Positions 1 through 11,760 of a stretch of 64,000 nt of DNA are shown in pieces. The DNA comes from Lepidodermella squamata (Eukaryota > Animalia > Gastrotricha), in NCBI GenBank assembly GCA_047495785.1, contig JBLDXI010000054.1, positions 1,860,001-1,924,000 of the forward strand, given 5' to 3'. The notes beneath the pieces are model-generated. The model made no database searches, had not been told where the DNA came from, and saw only the letters and a program-made list of their open reading frames with translations. The translations under genes and the position numbers were made by a program. Numbering within the stretch: position 1 is the stretch's first letter; each line of letters opens with the position of its first letter.

Positions 1-806
1 TTCAACCGGACAGGTTCATCCACGAAAATGCCGGGATCTTGAGTTGCACGATTGCTTAGACCATAGACCAATACTTTTCGGTTGGGGAAATGTGAATGTC
101 GATGTTTTCACCGACTATGCTGCTCTTGGGCTCTTGGGCTACGACGGCCAATGGCCCGGAGGTCGTCGCGTCAAACTACGATCTTCAACGAACTGCGAGC
201 CTGTTCCACTCCCAGTACTGTGTCTCCACAAGCCATACCGTGTCTTGCCTTGAACCTCATAATTTCCGCCGTGTTGTGGCAAAAGGGCACCTCTCTCGGA
301 AATACTTAAAGCTACCCCATGGTCTACTTGATTCTCCCCGCGCCCTTAATACGTCCAAGGACGTCTCTGGAAGAAGTCACCTCGTCGCTGTTTTGCTCAC
401 ATCATCTTCGAGTTTTCACACATTTTCTTGACGGCCGGCGCGAGCTTCTTGTCAACATTTGAGATAACCTTTCATGAGCACTGTTAATTGCAAAGTAATG
501 ATATCACCGGTGTAACAACATTTTATTTTCGCGTTATAGTTCCTTGGATAAATGAATGTTACTGTAGAACATGAAAAGATACGTGAATCAGCAGTATTAT
601 CTGGACTGATTTCATTAGCAAGGTAAACATCAGACAAAGAACAACATTCGATAATATTACAATGCGCATCAGAAAACGGAAAACAGTTTTTAACTGTATT
701 AGCTGGGATACGATAGAGAAATTAATTGCGGACAATTTTCTTAAGTAAATTCCGTTACCTGAAAAATCATGAAACAACAGAGTTATCCTTAATCAGTTGA
801 GAAAGC

Positions 807-1485
807 TTACTTCTTTTTCTTAGGAACTACCCTGAACTTGACGGTGACACCTTTTGAATTTGCACGACTAGTCCTCAATGCCTCTATCAATGCCTCATGA
901 TTTTGGATCAAGTTGATTAGGCTACTCGGATAGTTGACTTGAGCGAATGTAGTCGATGTTCCGGGACGCCTTGTGCCATTTACTTGCATTTGAATGTTTA
1001 AATATTCATCTCCCTCACTGTCCGTGAATCTATTATGCAAAACAAACTATTCTGATAACTTCCTAACAATAGAATACGAAAATTCACGTTTTCTGATGAT
1101 CCATTCGAACGCCCGTTGACGTGTCAGTCGGATCTGAGTACTGCATAGTACCTTGACCAGGGAAATTGTACCTTTTTCGCCAGGCTATGTAACACTTTTC
1201 AGCATCGAAAAGCTGTTTTCTGCTGGTTTCGCAAAAGTTTGTGTTATCTGTGAAATAAAACATGATTTCAATTTGCATTTCTTCCCCATTGCTGTTCTTC
1301 AGGGCAGCTTCTTGTCCGTAATTTCGCAGATCATCACGTGTGACGTCGACAAATATTGACTCGCGTGCTTGATTTTTGTTGTTGTCTTCTTTTTCTTGGC
1401 CCTTATTACCGCTTCCGGCTGGTATGCTAGGTAACGCGTTCCACGCTTTTTTCGCAAGGTAATGCAAACCAAAGGCAGCCAACAA
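807..1485 (-). CDS. Probable spliced or broken gene of unknown function (two adjacent ORFs, 133 aa and 77 aa)
   Basis: Two protein-like ORFs 43 nt apart with a GTGAAT donor-like site at the end of the first. No in-frame acceptor could be found and no family was recognised. Confidence 0.3.
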
Positions 1486-2447
1486 GGCAGCACCAGTGAT
1501 TACTCTTACCTCTAAATCTTGAGCAGAACCAGAACCTTTTTTCGATATACTTATTTATATATAAATAGCTGAATGTCGCTAAAACGTTTAGTAAGATTGC
1601 AGCAAAAATGCTAAGAAAATAAATAAAATTGATTAATTTTAAACGAATGTAGTGGAGAGCCGTAAATAAAATGAAAGAAAGTGGAAATGTTCTTATCTTG
1701 CTCTAACCTCCGCAACGGAACTTGCTTATCCATAATGAGCGCTGATTCCAGCCGCCTATTTCGGCTGGCAGTGAAAAACCAGTCAACCATAATGCGCCGC
1801 CGGCAATAGCATTAGCAAATGCTGTCGTTATCGAACGCAGCACGAATTTGGCTAATTTCCCATGTTTCAGCACAGTACCGATTCCTGCTGCTACGCAGGG
1901 CTGGATTAACGCATATGGGCTTGAAAGGCTGCAGCCCAGGGACCACCAGAAAAAATGGTGACGACTTCGATTTGCTTGAATATTCGCGCAGCCCGATCCT
2001 CGGTTCGCTTATTACTAAAAATAATTCATCTCCGCCGATCGCATATTCACTTAACTTTCAGCTCTTTTTATGCAGAGCCTGAAGCTGCATAGTGCCTCTA
2101 TCCTAAAGGACCTTCAAAAGGTCGGGGATTGTGACACTTTTGTACATGTACTGATTTTATTGCAGGTTGAAAAAACGTCTGACTGCGGAATTAGCGATCA
2201 TATTGCCCTCACCTTTTGCCGGTTTCAAATTCAAGGATGAGGAACCTAAACATGAGAGAAGAAAATTTTGGAGCTATGCTGACGAACTTATAAGTTAGTG
2301 GACATCGGATGATCGATAGCTTTTCAAGAAAACGGCAATACTTTTCCTGAAGCGGAAAGTGTCGGTTAATTGATTTTTGACACAGTTCTTTTTCACAGAA
2401 AGGAAAGCATCATCTATATGCGCGTCAGTTCATGTAATAATATAAAA

Positions 2448-3614
2448 ATGACTTTTTCGAACAATTCAGCATGGATGTATGCGAGTTTACCCGATCTTGG
2501 TTATAACTACAGCCGTTTATGGTTCCCGAGCATGTTCAACGCCCCAGCAGATTCATACGAAAATCGCCTTGGATTCACTATTGTTTGCATTCTTCTGTCA
2601 ATCAGCGTTTGCATATCAAATTCCGCGAGTGTCTTTACTTACTACAAAAGAGGCGCTAGGAAAGACTTCCTAGTCCTCAATTCTATACTGGCTATAAACA
2701 ACGGAATTTACTGCATAACATACACAGCTGCCATGGCAATGACCACAGAAACCGGGCTATGGGAATCCAGCAGTATTTCATGCACAACAATCCCGTGTTT
2801 GACTCACATCTCAGGTGTTTACAGTCTAGGTGTTATGATGCTGATAAGCTACGAACGGCGGCGTTGCATCTCGAACATACTTTCAACAACCAAAAATCAT
2901 GTTTCGAAAGTGTGTATGTCAGCGTTCTGTCTTTTCCTTGCTACCAGCGCTGTTGTTTCTCCTGTGACCATTTACCCATATGGCTATAACAGGCAATTGA
3001 TACCATTATTGAAAATGGGCGAAAACCAGACCTATTTAGTTCCAGTATGTGGAGCATTCGACTACAAGGTTGGGCTGATAGACAGCGCAGCTTTGCGCTT
3101 GATGGCCACAATGTTTCCGGTACTGGTAATAAGTGTTACTCTTGGTTATAACTACTGGCACTTTTTCAAAACTTTGCGAAAAGCTCGACAGTCTAAATGC
3201 CCTAATATCATGCCTCGACAGGCGAATCCCCCTAATATCACACCTAGGCTGGCTAGGTCTCCTCCTATCGTGCCAGATCGATCGGTATACATTTCTGTTA
3301 AACCCGCTCTCCCTTCGCCAAGCTCTTCGAGAGAAGCTGAGTGGCTCGCACGTGAAACATTCTTCGCGAAGCAGTCGCTGATTTCATTCTTGACCTCCGC
3401 ATTATTCTATGCCCCGGTCATGTGGACCTTTTTAATGCTTACTCTGCATGACAGCATTGGACCTGATTTTCTGACTTCGAACTTTTGCAAAATCACTGTC
3501 ATGGCGTTGATGCTCGAGATGGTTATAGCGCCGACAGTTCTAACTTTGCGCCCAGGCTTCTTCTCACAATTGAGCAAAAAGCTGCAATTTTTCATTAGGA
3601 AACTTAGAGTATGA
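2448..3614 (+). CDS. Divergent rhodopsin-like (class A) orphan GPCR, intronless
   Basis: About 7 hydrophobic segments, TM1 Asn (ISNSASV), Cys at the top of TM3, DRY-equivalent SYERR, TM6 FYAP and TM7 IAPTVL. The start Met is uncertain (2418 or 2448). Confidence 0.8.
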   Translation: MTFSNNSAWMYASLPDLGYNYSRLWFPSMFNAPADSYENRLGFTIVCILLSISVCISNSASVFTYYKRGARKDFLVLNSILAINNGIYCITYTAAMAMTTETGLWESSSISCTTIPCLTHISGVYSLGVMMLISYERRRCISNILSTTKNHVSKVCMSAFCLFLATSAVVSPVTIYPYGYNRQLIPLLKMGENQTYLVPVCGAFDYKVGLIDSAALRLMATMFPVLVISVTLGYNYWHFFKTLRKARQSKCPNIMPRQANPPNITPRLARSPPIVPDRSVYISVKPALPSPSSSREAEWLARETFFAKQSLISFLTSALFYAPVMWTFLMLTLHDSIGPDFLTSNFCKITVMALMLEMVIAPTVLTLRPGFFSQLSKKLQFFIRKLRV

Positions 3615-4049
3615 AATTCAGTTGAAGACTTCAAGGAGTAAAATGTATTGCAGTGCGCATTATATTTTATTTTGATGTTGAGAGCCAGCATGCTGTTCGC
3701 TCATTCAATATTCAATCCATTTGATATAGAGAAACATTGAGCAGAAAATTTAGGGTGGAGACATTGAACATTGAACATCGACGCTAGAAGCACTCTAAAA
3801 TCGGGTGGGCTGCGTTCCAGTGTTTACAATGATAATAGCAATCCGGCAACAAGCTTGAACATTTTTGATTGAAATTAGATGAAATCGACTTGTTAGCTGC
3901 AAGTTATAGCAGCCAGTGCTCTTCTCTTTCACTTTAAATTGAAATCGGAATGATATCGGAACCGAGTTTCGTAGCTCATCAACTCTCGATTCCAAAGCTG
4001 TTTGTCTAAGGTGTGCGGGTCAAGTGCGCCGTGTGCGATTCAGAGGGAC

Positions 4050-4215
4050 GAACTACGGACAGACGACAGACGGACGGACAAACAATTTTGACAGTATAGT
4101 ACCGGGATTCACCCGGGATTCACCCGGAAAAACCCCCAGCAAACCACAGAGGGACCCTTTGGTCATGACATTGGAAACCAAAAATACCCCCTAGCTCGAC
4201 GATCTTACTTCTCAG
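4050..4215. mobile_element. Dispersed repeat, possibly a non-autonomous Helentron/HINE-like element
   Basis: GACAGACGGAC-type microsatellite at about 4056-4080 and an 11-bp tandem CCGGGATTCAC. Positions 4125-4207 match the reverse complement of 55838-55917. Confidence 0.45.
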
Positions 4216-4596
4216 TGTTAGACCTAGTCCCTAGTCGGATCACTGCAAGGAATCTTCTTTTCTGAAGTCCTGAGTCCTGATTGATCGGACCTGGCTTGAT
4301 ACTTGTTGAATTCCGGCAAAATTTCGAGTATAAATATAGACAATACGAGGCGAGGCATCTGATTCCAGCTCCAGCCCAGATTTGAGATAGTTGATGCGAT
4401 AGGGCTCAAATTCCTCACCAAGCCTCATATTACTCTCCTTCTTCGACGTTTGTTTGATCACCATGGCTCAAAACGGAACAGGAAATTGGAACCCGATCAC
4501 GCCCGATCAACGATCAACTAATAATTCCAAACCTTCAGTAACATAAAATCATAATTTGAAGAAACAAGCTCTAGTTTTTACAGCCTCAGCGAAAAA

Positions 4597-5766
4597 ATGG
4601 AAAGCATACTTCTGGCGATTTGCATCTTCGTCACAACGGGTTTCGCCTTGGCAAAGCCACCAGATAACGATACTATTTGGGATTTCGATCCAACGAAAAC
4701 AATTCTGAGCAACTGCAGGATGGGCCCGACAGTCAACAGCCCACACGAATTCGAGGACGAACGAACGACTTTAATCACGATATCCTTTCAACCTAAGCTC
4801 CTCACTGAAATCGACGACGTGGCAGAAACCTTTACCATGGACAGCGTACTGGTCATCGAATACCAATCGAGCTGCTTAGCAAATTTGTATCGGAACATAT
4901 CTCGCAATGGCGACGTAGCATGGCCGCGAGGTTTGGAAGACCTGTCAAAGGAGGACCCGGATCAATACTGGTCCCCGACGTTGTTCCATCAGAATTCTAT
5001 CGGAAGTTCAAAAATGGATGACGGTTTTTCCAGAATAGTTCGCATCCCCGTGAAGAAAGGCGTGTTTTCTCTTGTTATCATAGGGAAATTCGCGTCCTAC
5101 TGCAATTTTGACGTGACTTATTTCCCATTTGACAAGCATACGTGCCAAGTGGACTTCATCATCATGCAGAGCCAAACGTTCTCAAGATTTGTCAAAGCAT
5201 CTTTCCTTTCATATGCTACCCCGTTCATGAAGTTGAATTCTGGCTGGGAACACGACTTGGCAACACGATCCTGCTCATTCGGCACATTTTTCTCCGGCCG
5301 AAACTCGAATTTCTCCAATGCTAGCTTCTACTTTGAATTCACTCGAAAACCACAGTATTTTTTGACGTATTTATACGCGCCGAGTTTGATTCTAAGCCTA
5401 ATGATTCTGTCGTCATTTCTCATCCCAGCCGATGCTCCAGACCGCCCAGCTTTTGCGTGCACAGTTATGTTGGCGATTTTCGTTCAGCAGAATAGCATCC
5501 AGGAGAATCTCCCCAAGACCCCAAAGCCAGTTGTCGCTGGAATTTTCAGCCTATCACAGACCATCATTGCTATGTGCTGTGTTTTGTACGCCGCGTTTAT
5601 GTGTGGATTTATTGCGCTGTTTCCTGAAGCAGCGTGCAAAACATACAAAATCTGCGGAAAGACCATTGCTATGTTTGTAATAGTTGATGTCGTAGTATTT
5701 ACACTGACCCTAGCTCTGTACTGCCTTTCCAACATTTCAGTATGCATCATCCTCTCACAGCTGTAA
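4597..5766 (+). CDS. Divergent Cys-loop pentameric ligand-gated ion channel subunit, intronless (389 aa)
   Basis: Signal peptide, loop A WSPTL, Cys-loop CNFDVTYFPFDKHTC (C-x13-C), pre-M1 RKPQYF, four TM helices and a short M3-M4 loop. No vicinal loop-C cysteines. Confidence 0.95.
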   Translation: MESILLAICIFVTTGFALAKPPDNDTIWDFDPTKTILSNCRMGPTVNSPHEFEDERTTLITISFQPKLLTEIDDVAETFTMDSVLVIEYQSSCLANLYRNISRNGDVAWPRGLEDLSKEDPDQYWSPTLFHQNSIGSSKMDDGFSRIVRIPVKKGVFSLVIIGKFASYCNFDVTYFPFDKHTCQVDFIIMQSQTFSRFVKASFLSYATPFMKLNSGWEHDLATRSCSFGTFFSGRNSNFSNASFYFEFTRKPQYFLTYLYAPSLILSLMILSSFLIPADAPDRPAFACTVMLAIFVQQNSIQENLPKTPKPVVAGIFSLSQTIIAMCCVLYAAFMCGFIALFPEAACKTYKICGKTIAMFVIVDVVVFTLTLALYCLSNISVCIILSQL

Positions 5767-6782
5767 TGACGTTTACATGGAAACTATTGTTGAGCTCTTG
5801 AGAACCAAACGGCTCTTTAGCGAGATAAAACCGCCTGAAAATTTGAAAAAAGAAGTGTGGTACAAATTTTATATCATTTGATAGAGATGGATTATGATTA
5901 TGGATCAGATAATTTATCCAGATTTCTTTAATTTTTCACAGTCAACAACCACAACAACACAGTCATCTCAAAGTTTAAGCACACTTCCCTCGCGCATTGC
6001 TCCAGTTTATTTCAGCCATGGCAGTCCGTCTCAGACCGGTTTGAGATGATTTCGAGAGTGTTAGTATGGGCACGCGCGTGATTTATACTAAAATCGCTGT
6101 TTGATAGCTTATATTGCGACTTTTCGGTTAACACTTGCAATCATGCCGCGCAGCGGCAGCCTTTCATCGGAATTTAGGCCAGACTCGATGGCCGCGCCCC
6201 AAAATCAAAGAGAGCGGCCTTTATTGCTGGTTGATTGCGCGCTCGAATTTCGGACCGGGTATTTTCCCGTTACGCTGGTATTTCGAATTTTCGCAGTTTC
6301 AGCATTTTCCGGACTAACAAAACGTTGTTAAAATCCGGATTACGGTGATTAGCAGGTGACTTAGGGTGCTGCGTTCAAATAGCCAAATGCGCGCACACAC
6401 CACTTCACGCCCACTTGTGCTGGAGTAGCCAGTCACGCACACACTCTGTGTTCGAATAGCCATTGCGTGACACAAATTTTTTTTGTCCGAATAGCCACAT
6501 TCTATTTTAATGAGGAGTTTCAAGAAATTGAGGAGTTGAAAGCAAAAGAATGCTTGAAATTCTTCACCTTCTTAAATATCCTCATTAAAATAATGCGCAT
6601 CGAATTCGCCTTCTGCGGAATTTTACGGCCACACTGTAGGTGCGACGCATTACTAAACATGATTTCCAGCTACTTAACCATAAATTCTTTCATCGTTTCA
6701 TTTGCCGTATGAATTACAATCATTCGTCGTCACATCAGAGACTGTAAACTTGTTTTGCAAATTTTAACAGACAATATCCATA

Positions 6783-9080
6783 ATGAATCAGGTTATTCTG
6801 TTTAGCGTAGCAGTTTCGTTTAGCTACCACGTCTCCGATGCTGAAAAGCCGTTCAACATGTCCATATTAGGTATTGTTCCTAAAACCTACTTCGGATCCA
6901 TTTGCAAGTTGGGCACTGATCTTGTAATTGAGACCATCAATAAACGTTCAGATATTCTCCCCGACTACAACATCGTAATGGAATGGAAAGACGAAGTCGA
7001 TTCGGCTTTAGGTTATTCACCGCTTGTCGAGTTTCTGAAATATAAAGCGTCACCTTCGAAAGATAACAGCTTTCAAGCTCCGTTGTACTTCAGTGGCTTC
7101 TTGTCCAATGCAAATATCCCTCTTGGAAAAGTTCTACACCACTTAGATTCTGTCGGTATATGCTTCGTTTGCGGATCTCCAGTTTTAGTAAACCACAAAG
7201 TATTTCCGAATCTCTATCAAACTGTGACTACAAGTGACATTGAAGAGTCAGCTAACGCCAAATTTATTAAAGTAATTGGGAAATGGACAAGGATTGGGAT
7301 TCTAACAACTGTTCTGAGCGATTATGACATCATGGCCGCAAAATATTTTCACCTGTTCGCTAAAGACGAAAATATGACGATACCTTATTTCAACGCTGTT
7401 TTGGGAGTCGATAGTTCCGTTATTGAAGAAATAGTCAGTATTGACATTCGTATACTTTTCTTATCCATTACCGTTCGCCCGATGCTTTGGTCTTTCCTCT
7501 GTTTCGCATACAAACGTGGCTTGACAGGTTCCCGTTACGTTTTCTTAGTCAATTCTTTTCCAGCGCAAAATCCAGCAAACATTACCCAAACAGACCTTGT
7601 AGACAACGATTGCACCCATGCGATTCTAGCAGAACAGTTCAAAAGTATAATTTTTGCAGGGGTGGCATTGTCGCCTTCCGACAAGTCTCGAAAATCTGAG
7701 TTGGGATTTTCAATTCAAGAATTCGACTCCCTTATCGATGCTAAACTTGGATACCACAATGAAGATAACACCCGGGCATATTTATGCCATGATACTGCGG
7801 TGACCGGAATTATGGCTCTTCATGACACCAATTTGCAGTTGATGAAATCATGGAATACCTCGATCAAGGGACATAGCAGCAGGGAACAAGTCGCTAAGGT
7901 GATGAATGAATCAGTTTTAGCCATAAACCGCGCGGGATTTCGACGTCAATTGCGCTACAACCAGCGCGGAGCTAATGACGAGGACATTGTCACTTTCATG
8001 CGATGGAATGGGTATAAATTGCTTATCAATTACCAAAGCCAGCCGGAAAAGCAGGGTTTCACTATTGAAACTGTCCCTTCTGGGCTTGCCTTCGAAAAAT
8101 GGTTCGGTGGTCGCCCAAAAGATGCAGCATGGCAGCGAATCATTGTTGATGGAGTCTCAAGGCCCGTTGCTATTTCAGTATTCTTTTTCAGTGGGGCTGT
8201 CACATCTGCTCAAGCTATATCGATCGGTTTGCCATTTTTCCAACGGAACATTGGGCTATACGGCTCGCTGACAATAGCGAAACTATTATGCATTGCTGCA
8301 TGCACGTTGCTGAACATTGGATCAGTGCTGGCTGTCTTAGAAACAACGGGGGCAATGCAAGTGAGTAGGATCGTTATTTTCACAACTTCCGTCTCTTTCG
8401 TCAATGGGATCGTCAGCTTTCGAGCAATCAATCTATTTCGAACGAGCCGTCAGGCTGCAAATGCTCTAAAGAGGCGATCAACTCCAAACCGTATAGCCCT
8501 ACGGAGGGTAAAACCCAATCAAATGAAAGCTGATGCTGTTCAAGAATTAGAAAATGGTGCTTCAAACTCATTGATAATGCGCGCTTTTTGCTACCTAGCA
8601 GTGAATATAGCTGTAGTGATTGTTTGGCTTTCAATTGATGGTTTCACTTGTACCAAGATTGCTAATGCCTCTGATTCATTCTATGACCAGACTTCGGACA
8701 CTTCCTTCTCGTTTGAGGTGCTTCGATGTGGTGTGACATGGAATACTTTGATGATATTGGTTTTAGCCGGAATGCAAATTTCGCTCGTGTTTCTCGGCTT
8801 CGTTCAGGCTGTTCGCCTCAGACCTTTTGTTGGCATTCTAAAAAATCACCCTAATTTTCCGTCAACTTCCTTAATCACAGGATTAGCTAGTATGAACGCT
8901 CTGATGCTTTTCATTTGCGTGTTTGTCTTGGCCATTGCTACTTCTTCGCAGAAATTGCAACAGATTTTCGTAGCTTATGGAGCTCTTACTCTTTCTGCAT
9001 CAACTTCGGTCATTTTGCTATTTATGGATCTGAAAATGATTTTCTTCAAACCGCAAAACAAAGTCGCAGTGGGCTTGTAA
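6783..9080 (+). CDS. Class C GPCR, GABA-B-like architecture (Venus flytrap + 7TM), intronless (765 aa)
   Basis: Signal peptide, ANF/VFT motifs (INKRSDILPDY, FPNLYQT, KWTRIGIL, AYKRGLTGSRYVF), no Cys-rich domain, and seven hydrophobic helices at the C-terminus. Confidence 0.92.
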   Translation: MNQVILFSVAVSFSYHVSDAEKPFNMSILGIVPKTYFGSICKLGTDLVIETINKRSDILPDYNIVMEWKDEVDSALGYSPLVEFLKYKASPSKDNSFQAPLYFSGFLSNANIPLGKVLHHLDSVGICFVCGSPVLVNHKVFPNLYQTVTTSDIEESANAKFIKVIGKWTRIGILTTVLSDYDIMAAKYFHLFAKDENMTIPYFNAVLGVDSSVIEEIVSIDIRILFLSITVRPMLWSFLCFAYKRGLTGSRYVFLVNSFPAQNPANITQTDLVDNDCTHAILAEQFKSIIFAGVALSPSDKSRKSELGFSIQEFDSLIDAKLGYHNEDNTRAYLCHDTAVTGIMALHDTNLQLMKSWNTSIKGHSSREQVAKVMNESVLAINRAGFRRQLRYNQRGANDEDIVTFMRWNGYKLLINYQSQPEKQGFTIETVPSGLAFEKWFGGRPKDAAWQRIIVDGVSRPVAISVFFFSGAVTSAQAISIGLPFFQRNIGLYGSLTIAKLLCIAACTLLNIGSVLAVLETTGAMQVSRIVIFTTSVSFVNGIVSFRAINLFRTSRQAANALKRRSTPNRIALRRVKPNQMKADAVQELENGASNSLIMRAFCYLAVNIAVVIVWLSIDGFTCTKIANASDSFYDQTSDTSFSFEVLRCGVTWNTLMILVLAGMQISLVFLGFVQAVRLRPFVGILKNHPNFPSTSLITGLASMNALMLFICVFVLAIATSSQKLQQIFVAYGALTLSASTSVILLFMDLKMIFFKPQNKVAVGL

Positions 9081-9699
9081 TATTCCTATTCTACCACTTA
9101 TTTCTTTATAAATTCATTATTATAAAGAATGACGCTGAGGAAGCAAGGAATATTGTCTATATTATTACATTTTTTGAAGCAATAGCAGCTATAAACTTGA
9201 ACCAATATTTAGAGGACAGACTGTATGTGAGATACAAGTTCTCATCTAAGGACATTTTTCCTGTCGCGCCTCTAGACGCCTGTCTTTTCGCTGATTAGCG
9301 TATCTTATATTAATCCTCATTATATATTGTATAATGTTCAGAAAGTTACTAATGAATTACTGAAATCCACTGTTTTTTCAGTATCAGTGAAAGTACTGAT
9401 TCTAATTAGAATGTGCGATTTCAGTACCGAGGTCTGAGGTGACTTTTTCAACATGCCCTAATTTCTGTTGTGCTCGACTTTGATCAATTTTTCGGGCATC
9501 CACGCAACAAAATAATAACAATTAACTAATTTTCTTGTTCATGCCCGAGGTCGAGTGGGGTGCAGCTAAGAAAAATCACCCTTCGACTTGATTAGATAAA
9601 AAGCCTCGACAAAGCCTGACATGAATGTAATTAATTCACGACCCTCGTTAATTTCTTACTGCGTGTCTTGAGATGTATATTCAGCAAAAACCGACATAC

Positions 9700-9788
9700 T
9701 AGTTGATGTCGTAGTATTTATACTGACATTCGCTCTGTACTTCCTTTCCAATATTTCAGTATGTATCATCCTCTCACAGCTGTCATGA
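9700..9788 (+). pseudogene. Orphan duplicate of the last (M4) coding segment of the 4597 Cys-loop gene
   Basis: Near-identical to 5681-5769 (TAGTTGATGTCGTAGTATTTA...CATCCTCTCACAGCTGT), with scattered substitutions. Confidence 0.85.
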
Positions 9789-10461
9789 TTGGCATTTGGT
9801 ATGTTGGGCTAATGTAGGCAAAACTAATGTTGGGCCTTACGAGTTTACCAACCGGCTTTTTGACAAGATTTGTTTTCATTAATTTCGTTAGTAGCAAATA
9901 AAACTTAATATCATCGTATTATGAATTCTTTGCCTCGCAGACATCAGATTCGGAGGTGAAGTGACAGACATTCAGAAAACATTGTTGAAGGAACGGCCGG
10001 ACGATAGGATCATGAAGCTGTAATTGCCAATCGGAGGGCAAGCGATCACCAACTGTATTGATGTATTGTATTGGCGAAATCACCTGCGTCGATAGAGCCA
10101 CCATTGCTAACATTCTTCACGCCGTAAGAAATGAACAAATTTACTTCCATGAGGTCACTGTCTTCAGCATCATCCGCGTATTCGTTTTCATCTGTATCGC
10201 TGTCAGCTGTCACAATCATCACATGTGGAGGCAGCGTGGTCGTCGTCGTCGCCGTCATTTTCGCTAACGGGCATCCTCAAGGAAACGATTAGTTTAGACG
10301 GAGCCGGTTTTCCGGGTTTCTGTTCCACTTCGTAGACTAAATGGTAGATTTCATTGAATTCTCCCGATTGTCCATGAATTTCTCCTATGATTGAGGCTAA
10401 AAAACGATACAGAAATAGTGTCCCCACATGGTTGGTTATTTTTTGCTTCAATGGAAAAAGC

Positions 10462-10498
10462 GATTCCGCCCGGTGTTTCCGCCCGGTGATTCCGCCCG
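10462..10498. repeat. Triple 13-bp repeat containing TTCCGCCC (GC-box/E2F-like)
   Basis: gattccgcccggt gtttccgcccggt gattccgcccg, immediately beside a copy of the TTTTAAGGTGGA motif. Confidence 0.7.
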
Positions 10499-10757
10499 CT
10501 CACGCGTTTTAAGGTGGATCTTTTATTATTAATTTTGGTTAAAATCCAAATAACTGAATTACTGGGCGAACCAGACTCCATTTAGGGATTGCACTAGCAA
10601 AGCAAAAATTTGAACCAAAGAAAGCATTTTAACAAAAACCATTTTTATTGGACAATAATACTGTGGGAGAGCTTATAAACAATATTCAGTTCTGGATGTG
10701 ACATGCACCGTGTAGTTAATTACTTGACAACTGGCGTCGACCGTGAAATGGCGTGAT

Positions 10758-11141
10758 TCAAAACGGTTCTTCAAGCTTGACAGGATCACAGCCCAACAAT
10801 ACCAATGCCGTCGCTTCGCATAAAGATATTCCACCGAAACTCGTTGAACAGCATAGAGCATAGTAGTCGGCGTATCGTTTCCTGGAATTTTGCACCGTGC
10901 TAATTGTCTCAAACGCCAATTCTTCGATGCATTGTTGCAGCAACGCCTTCAAAGTCATCGCCGTCGGATTGAACGCTGGAATCTGATCGGCCAGGCGAAA
11001 TTTTGGGCTTTTGTTGTAGCAGCTCGATATCTTGAGCATTGCGGTTTTCACGCACTGATTGGTGTCGCTCAGACTATGCAACAGCCATATACATTTGGTT
11101 AGAATCGACTGCGTTTCCGAGGATTAAATCGCCGATGCCAT
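10758..11141 (-). pseudogene. Short ORF with a premature stop at codon 6, unknown family
   Basis: ATG at 11141 is in frame with the 107-aa ORF but is interrupted by TAA. The recurrent upstream motif is at 11221 and an AATAAA lies on the minus strand near 10645. Confidence 0.3.
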
Positions 11142-11425
11142 GCGTGGTTTCCACCGCAAAAAGAATTCAGAGCAAAAATCGATTTAAAAAGGGATGAAAC
11201 AAAAGGAATTTGTTGAACGATTTTTTAAGGTTGATTTTTTAATTTCAAGAAAATTATTGTAATCAGGCATTAGGGGTATGAGTGTTTATGCATTTTATCC
11301 AAATTTCGAGCGGAAAGTGGGGTTTTTTTGGGGAAAATAACCAACAATGTGGGAACAGGAATCCTAAACTTGTGTTTCGGGCATAAACTCGATTTCTGCC
11401 CTCAACACCGTTAAGGATTCCTTAA

Positions 11426-11760
11426 TTTCTGTATTCCTGTACAATACAGAAACACTTTTATTAAGATGGACGTTTTATTATCGCATTTTCCTATATAAAT
11501 GGCGTACCCCTATAAATGGCGTATATAAATGGCGTCCTATATAAATGGCGTAAAGATCACTTTTCCCCGCACTTTCTAGCTACGTTTTACGATATTGGAC
11601 TCGAGGCTGGCTCGCTTTCGCGAGCTGGACGCCTCTCGGCCAATATCGGAGTACAATAACTGCGTTATGTACTCCTTCGAATCCAATATATACTATTTCT
11701 GTATTCCTGTACGATACAGAAACAATTCAAATATTAAAATTAAGGTGGGTGTTTTATTTT
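11426..11760. repeat. Two hairpin+motif units flanking a TATA-containing minisatellite
   Basis: TTTCTGTATT-cctgtac-(A/G)ATACAGAAA hairpin at about 11427 and 11696, each followed by a TTAAG(A/G)TGG...TTTTATT motif. Four imperfect CCTATATAAATGGCGT repeats lie at 11490-11551. Confidence 0.75.

Noticed and set aside
1-460. Coding-looking GC-richer stretch at the window start
   Set aside because: All frames are interrupted or unrecognisable, and it is truncated by the window edge.
9919-10451. Overlapping short minus-strand ORFs with acidic tracts
   Set aside because: No consistent frame or splice model could be built. It may be a decayed gene.
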